DNA of 64,000 nt. It comes from the human T2T-CHM13v2.0 reference genome, Homo sapiens. Position numbers and translations under genes: made by a program. The notes beneath the pieces were generated by a model, which was not told the origin of the DNA, did no database searches, and saw nothing but the letters and a program-made list of their open reading frames with translations. Positions 60,624 through 64,000 of the stretch are shown here, piece by piece (position 1 is the stretch's first letter; each line of letters begins with the position of its first letter). The DNA lies in assembly GCF_009914755.1 (NCBI RefSeq), contig NC_060931.1; one strand, 5' to 3'.

Positions 60624-61259
60624 ACATAATACACCCAGGATAGCTGAGCTAATTATGTCTTTAAGTAGTCACATCACTGAGTTAAAGTGAAAGCCAAACA
60701 ACCAGTTAAAAGGTAAGAAACATTCAGTCAAATAAACCAGGGTGTATAGAGTCTCATTTAATTACCTGATTGTTCTGATGTTGTACAGAACCCAACCTCA
60801 GAGCTGGTACTCTTTTTCTTTCTTTCTTTCTTTCTCTGGAATGGTATCCTTCTCTTTAGATTACTCTTCTCTCCTGACCAAAGATCTCCTTAATCACTTT
60901 CATCCTCAAAATATCAAGAGTGCTATTCCTTTATTTCCATAAACTGTCTCTACTCAATATCAATAAACTAACAATGTGTTGCTTGTTTTTCTAGAACTGG
61001 AAATACTAAAGGATCTGCTAAAGGGAACTAAGTAGCAGAAAAAGTGAAAAACATTTGTTTTGTTTTTTTCACTGCATAAAGCATAGAAATATTTATCTCC
61101 ACCACTTTACATCCAGAGATCTGATCTCTTATGATAGTGTGGCTATAATGTCTGTGTTGGGAAATATCTTCCCTGTGCTATCACTCTCTGCACCCTATTA
61201 GTCGAAGCAGAAACAAAGGCCAGAAAGATGGACGATTCCTACTCTTCACCCAACAGAAA

Positions 61260-61500
61260 ATAGCTTTAAGATATACTTTCTATTCCTGCATTCCTTTCTC
61301 TGTTAAATGTTTCAGGAGATGAAATATTCATTGCATCCCTTTGACTACTTCAGAGCACAACAGGCTTCTCGTTAGGAAATATTTTTGGTAACTCTAACAA
61401 ATTTTTTCCGTGTACAATTCCATCTAATTATCTTGTACTACAACCATCTAGAGTACCCAAGCCAGCCCTTCTCCTTCTCTGTTGCTACAACCTCCAAATA
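61260..61500 (-). mobile_element. Possible CR1/L3 3' relic
   Basis: 'ttaaatgtttcaggagatgaa...ttaggaaatatttttggtaactctaac' resembles antisense CR1 3' region; very diverged. Confidence 0.4.
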
Positions 61501-63438
61501 TAGCTCTTGTAGTCAGAGTCAGCTATCACAGTCTCTCTTAGTCATAGCCCAGGTGCCCAAGACGAGTAGAATGCATCTGTCAAAATGAATCAACAATAGA
61601 AATACTGAGTAGGTGAAATACTCCTCTTTTCTCTTTACCTCCTACATTTCATCTGAAAGTTGAGGGGGAGAAGAAATCTGTGTAATTTCTCAAGTAGAAA
61701 AGGAATTTACCTTTTACATTGCTCTACAGTGACTCAGTATCTAATCTGCTCTTCCTTCTTAGGGATTTAAAGAATTTTCTTTTGGTAAAAGCAGCATTAT
61801 TTAAATCTAGTTTTTTTTTTTCTCTGCTTATTGCATATTGATTTCTTCACTATTGTTATCATTCAAAATACTGGCCATCTTATTTAGCTGGACATGAATG
61901 TGTGTAGTGAGTGTTTAAAGGCTTATTTCTTGGGAGTTTGATTTTGTACTTTTTTTTTTTTTTTGCAATTTTGTCTGTTCCTTCAAGAGGATGCCCTCCT
62001 AGGCCAAAGGGATTAATTTCCTTTTAGAATTAAAAGAAATGCAAATGACGCAAAGCAAACAGAAGTAAATATTTAAATCTCCTGGATGGAAAAGGCTGTG
62101 TAGTTAATTAAAAAAAGAGGAAGCCACCACTGGTTTGCATGAGAATTTGTGGGAAGGCTGCCCATTGTTAAATTAGGATCATCCATTCATTGCTGAATTT
62201 GATTTCACCACACTCCTTGCTTTAGTTCTTGAGTGGGAACTAAGCCAGTTTTGAGATTTACAGTCTTCCCCATCTGCTTGTGCCAACACATGGATCTTGG
62301 GAAGGTGTTCCATGGTGTTTAAGATGTTTTCAATAAGAAAAACCTGTCTGTGGGATAAGCTCACTTTGTGCCCTCCTTTCAACTCATTTGGCTATGAACT
62401 TGGCTTCTTTGTTCTTTCATGACTAATATTACCATCTGTGACATTACATATCAACATAGCAATGTAACATATTAAGCACAGGAAAACTCGGAATGCTTGA
62501 GTTCATCCAAGCATTTGTTACTTAAAGTTCCAGGCCTGCTCTCTAGCCATTGAAGAATATCCCAAGTTCCTACCTACATAATATAATATAATTAGTCTAA
62601 GCATTTTTTATCTCGTTAGGAATAGGAACCACAAAACCTCTGGCATAGCAATCATTTGGTATACTCTCTTTAACAACAAAGCAATAGCTTTGCCATCATT
62701 GATTTCAATGGGAAGGGCTCTGGAGTTCTACTAATCCCCGTGAGAAGTGGCTACTGACAGAATCACTTTGATTCATTTTAATGAAGGGATCTGAATCTGA
62801 AGTGCCACACTAAGGTTGTCAATCACAGGCCAGAATTTATGACATCTTTGTCCATGGATTATGGGTTTATTCAAAGCAGATCTTGAGACCAGGCCAGAAG
62901 ATCAATAGGGAGAACTGTACCACTTGAGGTAGAAAGACAAGAGGAGTTGAAGGTACAGAGTTTGAGCAATTATTACAATGAATTGATCTTCAATACATTA
63001 TATGATCAAACTAGATAACTCACCTTGTGTGTGGCTATATAGCTACCTTTCAAAATAATGTCATTAGTTCATACATATGTGACCTAAACCAATGAAGAAA
63101 TTAATCAATTTTCTTTTTCATACTGTATATTTCCATAAGTGTAAAATGTGCCCTAAATTCTGTCGGATTTTTCAAAGGCAGTGTTGTTTAAGAGGGTTGC
63201 AGGGTAGCCAAGAAGCAATCAGTGCTTTGTATTGACAGCAGGATGCAAAGCACAGGATGCTGTATTGTTCCTGTGTTCTTATACTAATGAGTTTCCGAAG
63301 TTATTTTGGTTTCGGTTTAGGTTTAGGTTTTTACTTGTAAATGAGAACATGATGGGGAAACTTGGTTGCCATCTTGGGGAATCCCCCAGATGGAGAATCA
63401 CTGTTGGCTTTTACTGTAAAAGCAGGTGGATTACACAT

Positions 63439-63829
63439 TGTCTTAGTCAGCTCGGACTGCTATAACAAAATATCATAGACTGGGTGGCTGAAACAATAGA
63501 CTTATAGTTGCAATTCTGAACAGGTCTGAAGGCTGCTAAGTCCAAGATCAAGGCACAGCTGATCCTTTTCCATGAAGAGAGTCCAAGAGGGCTCTCTTCA
63601 TGGTTTGTAGACAGCTACCTTCTCTCTGTGTCCTAGTAAGATGGAGAGAGATCTCTGGCCTCTCTTCCTCTTCTTATAAGGATGTTAATCTCATCATAGG
63701 GACCCCAACCTCAAGACCTTATCTAAACCTCATCATCTCCCCAAGGCATCACCTTCAAATACCATTACATTGGGAGATAGGGTCTCAATATATAAATTTG
63801 GGAGAGATACGAACATTCAATCCATAACA
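63439..63829 (-). mobile_element. MaLR solo LTR (MLT1A/MST-like)
   Basis: tgtcttagtcagctcggactgctataacaaaa...aagtccaagatcaagg...ccttcaaataccattacattggg...tccataaca. Confidence 0.92.
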
Positions 63830-64000
63830 CATACATTATAATGCTGCCACTAACAAAAAATGCTAGCTGTGCAGCATCCCTGAGCAGGACAGAGACTTAT
63901 TATCAAAAATTACTGTAATATATTGGCAAAGATGAAAAATTGCATAGCTATAGGTGGCAAGCTAACATTTTCTATGACTTTACTAAATATTGTCAGTGTT

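Overview
Primate (human-like) AT-rich, CpG-poor non-coding DNA, either intergenic or deep intronic. I found no recognisable protein-coding gene, processed pseudogene, RNA gene or CpG-island promoter. The listed ORFs are explained by antisense Alu, L1, LTR or low-complexity sequence, or are chance short frames. Much of the window is interspersed repeat: 19 Alu copies (J, S and one truncated Y), a ~15 kb block of old L1 (27.5-42.4 kb), MaLR/ERVL solo LTRs (MLT1, MLT2, THE1, MER54/74-like), MIR, L2, CR1/L3 relics and small DNA transposons (MER58A, MER94, MER81, MER20, MER5A, MADE1). Family and subfamily names are recognised from remembered consensus motifs, not from a database search, and old-repeat boundaries are approximate. 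I cannot support a claim of a new biological system. The best leads are: (1) a ~380 bp unique, CpG-retaining island inside the L1 block, with a CTCF-like core plus upstream module starting at an abrupt L1 break (32310-32690); (2) a pair of candidate spliced exons with an open joined frame (58178-58618); (3) several local inverted or serial duplications that look like template-switch scars (4331-4411, 7156-7243, 30399-30438, 48821-48858); (4) a few enhancer-type motif clusters (16092, 57399, 62039).
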